From contig NC_086109.1 in assembly GCF_963921235.1 (NCBI RefSeq), forward strand, positions 23,810,001 through 23,874,000: a DNA stretch of 64,000 nt, given 5' to 3'. Within the stretch, counting starts at the first letter, position 1, and each line of letters begins with the position of its first letter. Positions 62,651 to 64,000 of the stretch are shown here, in pieces. A program made the position numbers and the translations under genes. The notes under the pieces are model-generated. The model saw nothing but the letters and a program-made list of their open reading frames with translations, made no database searches and was not told where the DNA came from. Source of the stretch: Mobula hypostoma (taxonomy: Eukaryota).

Positions 62651-63085
62651 TATAACCATATAACAATTACAGCACAGATACAGGCCATCTCGGCCCTTCT
62701 AGTCCGTGCCGAACGCTTATTCTCACCTAGTTCCACCAACCTGCACTCAGCCCATAACCCTCCATTCCTTTCCTGTCCATATAGCTGTCCAATTTATCCT
62801 TAAATGACAACATCGAACCTGCCTCAACTACTTCTGCTGGAAGCTCGTTCCACACAGCTACCACTCTCTGAGTAAAGAAGTTCCCCCTCATGTTACCCCT
62901 AAACTTTTGCTCTTTAACTTTCAACTCATGTCCTCTTGTTTGAATCTCCCCTACTCTCAATGGAAAAAGCCTATCCATGTCAACTCTGTCTATACCCCTC
63001 ATAATTTTAAATACCACCTCTATCAAGTCCCCCTCAACCTTCTACGCTCCAAAGAATAAAGACCCAACTTGTTCAACCTTTCTGT
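62650..63085 (-). mobile_element. CR1 3' fragment
   Basis: ORF 62727-63026 (TRGHELKVK..GNFFTQRVVAVWNELP). The 3' end closely matches 42655-42850. Confidence 0.85.
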
Positions 63086-64000
63086 AACTATATGGGTAGG
63101 AAACACTTAGAGCAAGGATTCCAAACTTCCTTTATGCCATGGACCCCTACCATTAACTGAGGAACCGTAGAACCCTGGTTCAGAGGGATACAGGCCAAGT
63201 GTGCACTCATGGGACTGTCTTCTGGTGGGCACTTTGGTCAGAATGGATAATTTAGATCAAAGGGCCTACTTCCATGCTGTATAACACTATAGACCTAGAG
63301 CTAATTTAGAGTCGCCAATTATCAATGTGTCTTTGCGATATTGGAGAAAATGGGAGCATAAGGAAGAAGCGCACGAGGTGACAGGTAGAACAAGCAAACT
63401 CCACACAGTCAGAACAACGGGTTAGGTGCAAATCTGAAGGACATGGATCTCTGCATCATTTTCATTAACAGAATTATGTGAAGAAACCAATTTGTTTCTT
63501 AAATTATCAAAGAATTTTAAGATGTTTGTAAGTATTTTAAATACTGAAGGAATTGGATTGGACAGGAAGTGGCAAGCTAATTTGGAAAAGTAACAATAGA
63601 ACCAAAGAATGGAAAGGTTCCAAGGAAACCACGCAGCTCATCTAGACCACGATGGTTCTCAGAGCAATCGCATCAATCCTATTCCTTCCCCATGCCCCCC
63701 ACACACCCCCACTCATCTCCCTCACATCAAAGTCAATTTATTAAAGTAAGTATATGTCACTATATGTTACCTTGAGTCATTTTTGCGGCACTTACAGGAA
63801 AATAAAGAAATACCATAGGTTTTATGAAAAACTGAACATAAGTAAGTATTGATAAACAAATATGCGAAAGATAAATTGTGCAAATAAATAATAAATAATA
63901 CTGAGAACACGAGTTGTAAAGTCCTTGAAAGTAAGTCTGTAGGTTGAGGATTCAGTTCAGAGTTGAGGTGAGTAAAACTATCCACTGGCTCTGGATGCTG

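Overview
Eukaryotic (vertebrate) DNA, AT-rich outside repeats and dominated by transposable elements. The repeat inventory (CR1 and Rex1/Babar LINEs, Neptune-type Penelope-like elements, V-domain SINE, hAT and Tc1 derivatives) suggests a cartilaginous fish such as a ray; this is an inference. No complete host gene can be assembled. Two isolated exon candidates stand out: an acidic 120-nt phase-1 exon on the minus strand (15887-16006) and a signal-peptide-like first coding exon on the plus strand (35569-35650). The most striking system is a dispersed family of at least 15 Penelope-derived insertions whose pseudo-LTR carries a minimal type I hammerhead ribozyme (AGUC-CUGANGA-A-GGGU/loop/GCCC-GAAA-CGUC-GACU). 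Many copies are fold-back (inverted pLTR) structures, many are truncated right at the ribozyme, and most are flanked by 10-17 bp duplications. Other notable structures are nested composite hAT elements, a 2.3-kb compound (GT)n tract, and a 53-bp minisatellite. No prokaryotic operon, CRISPR array, rRNA or intact tRNA gene is seen. TE boundaries are approximate unless a TSD or TIR is quoted.
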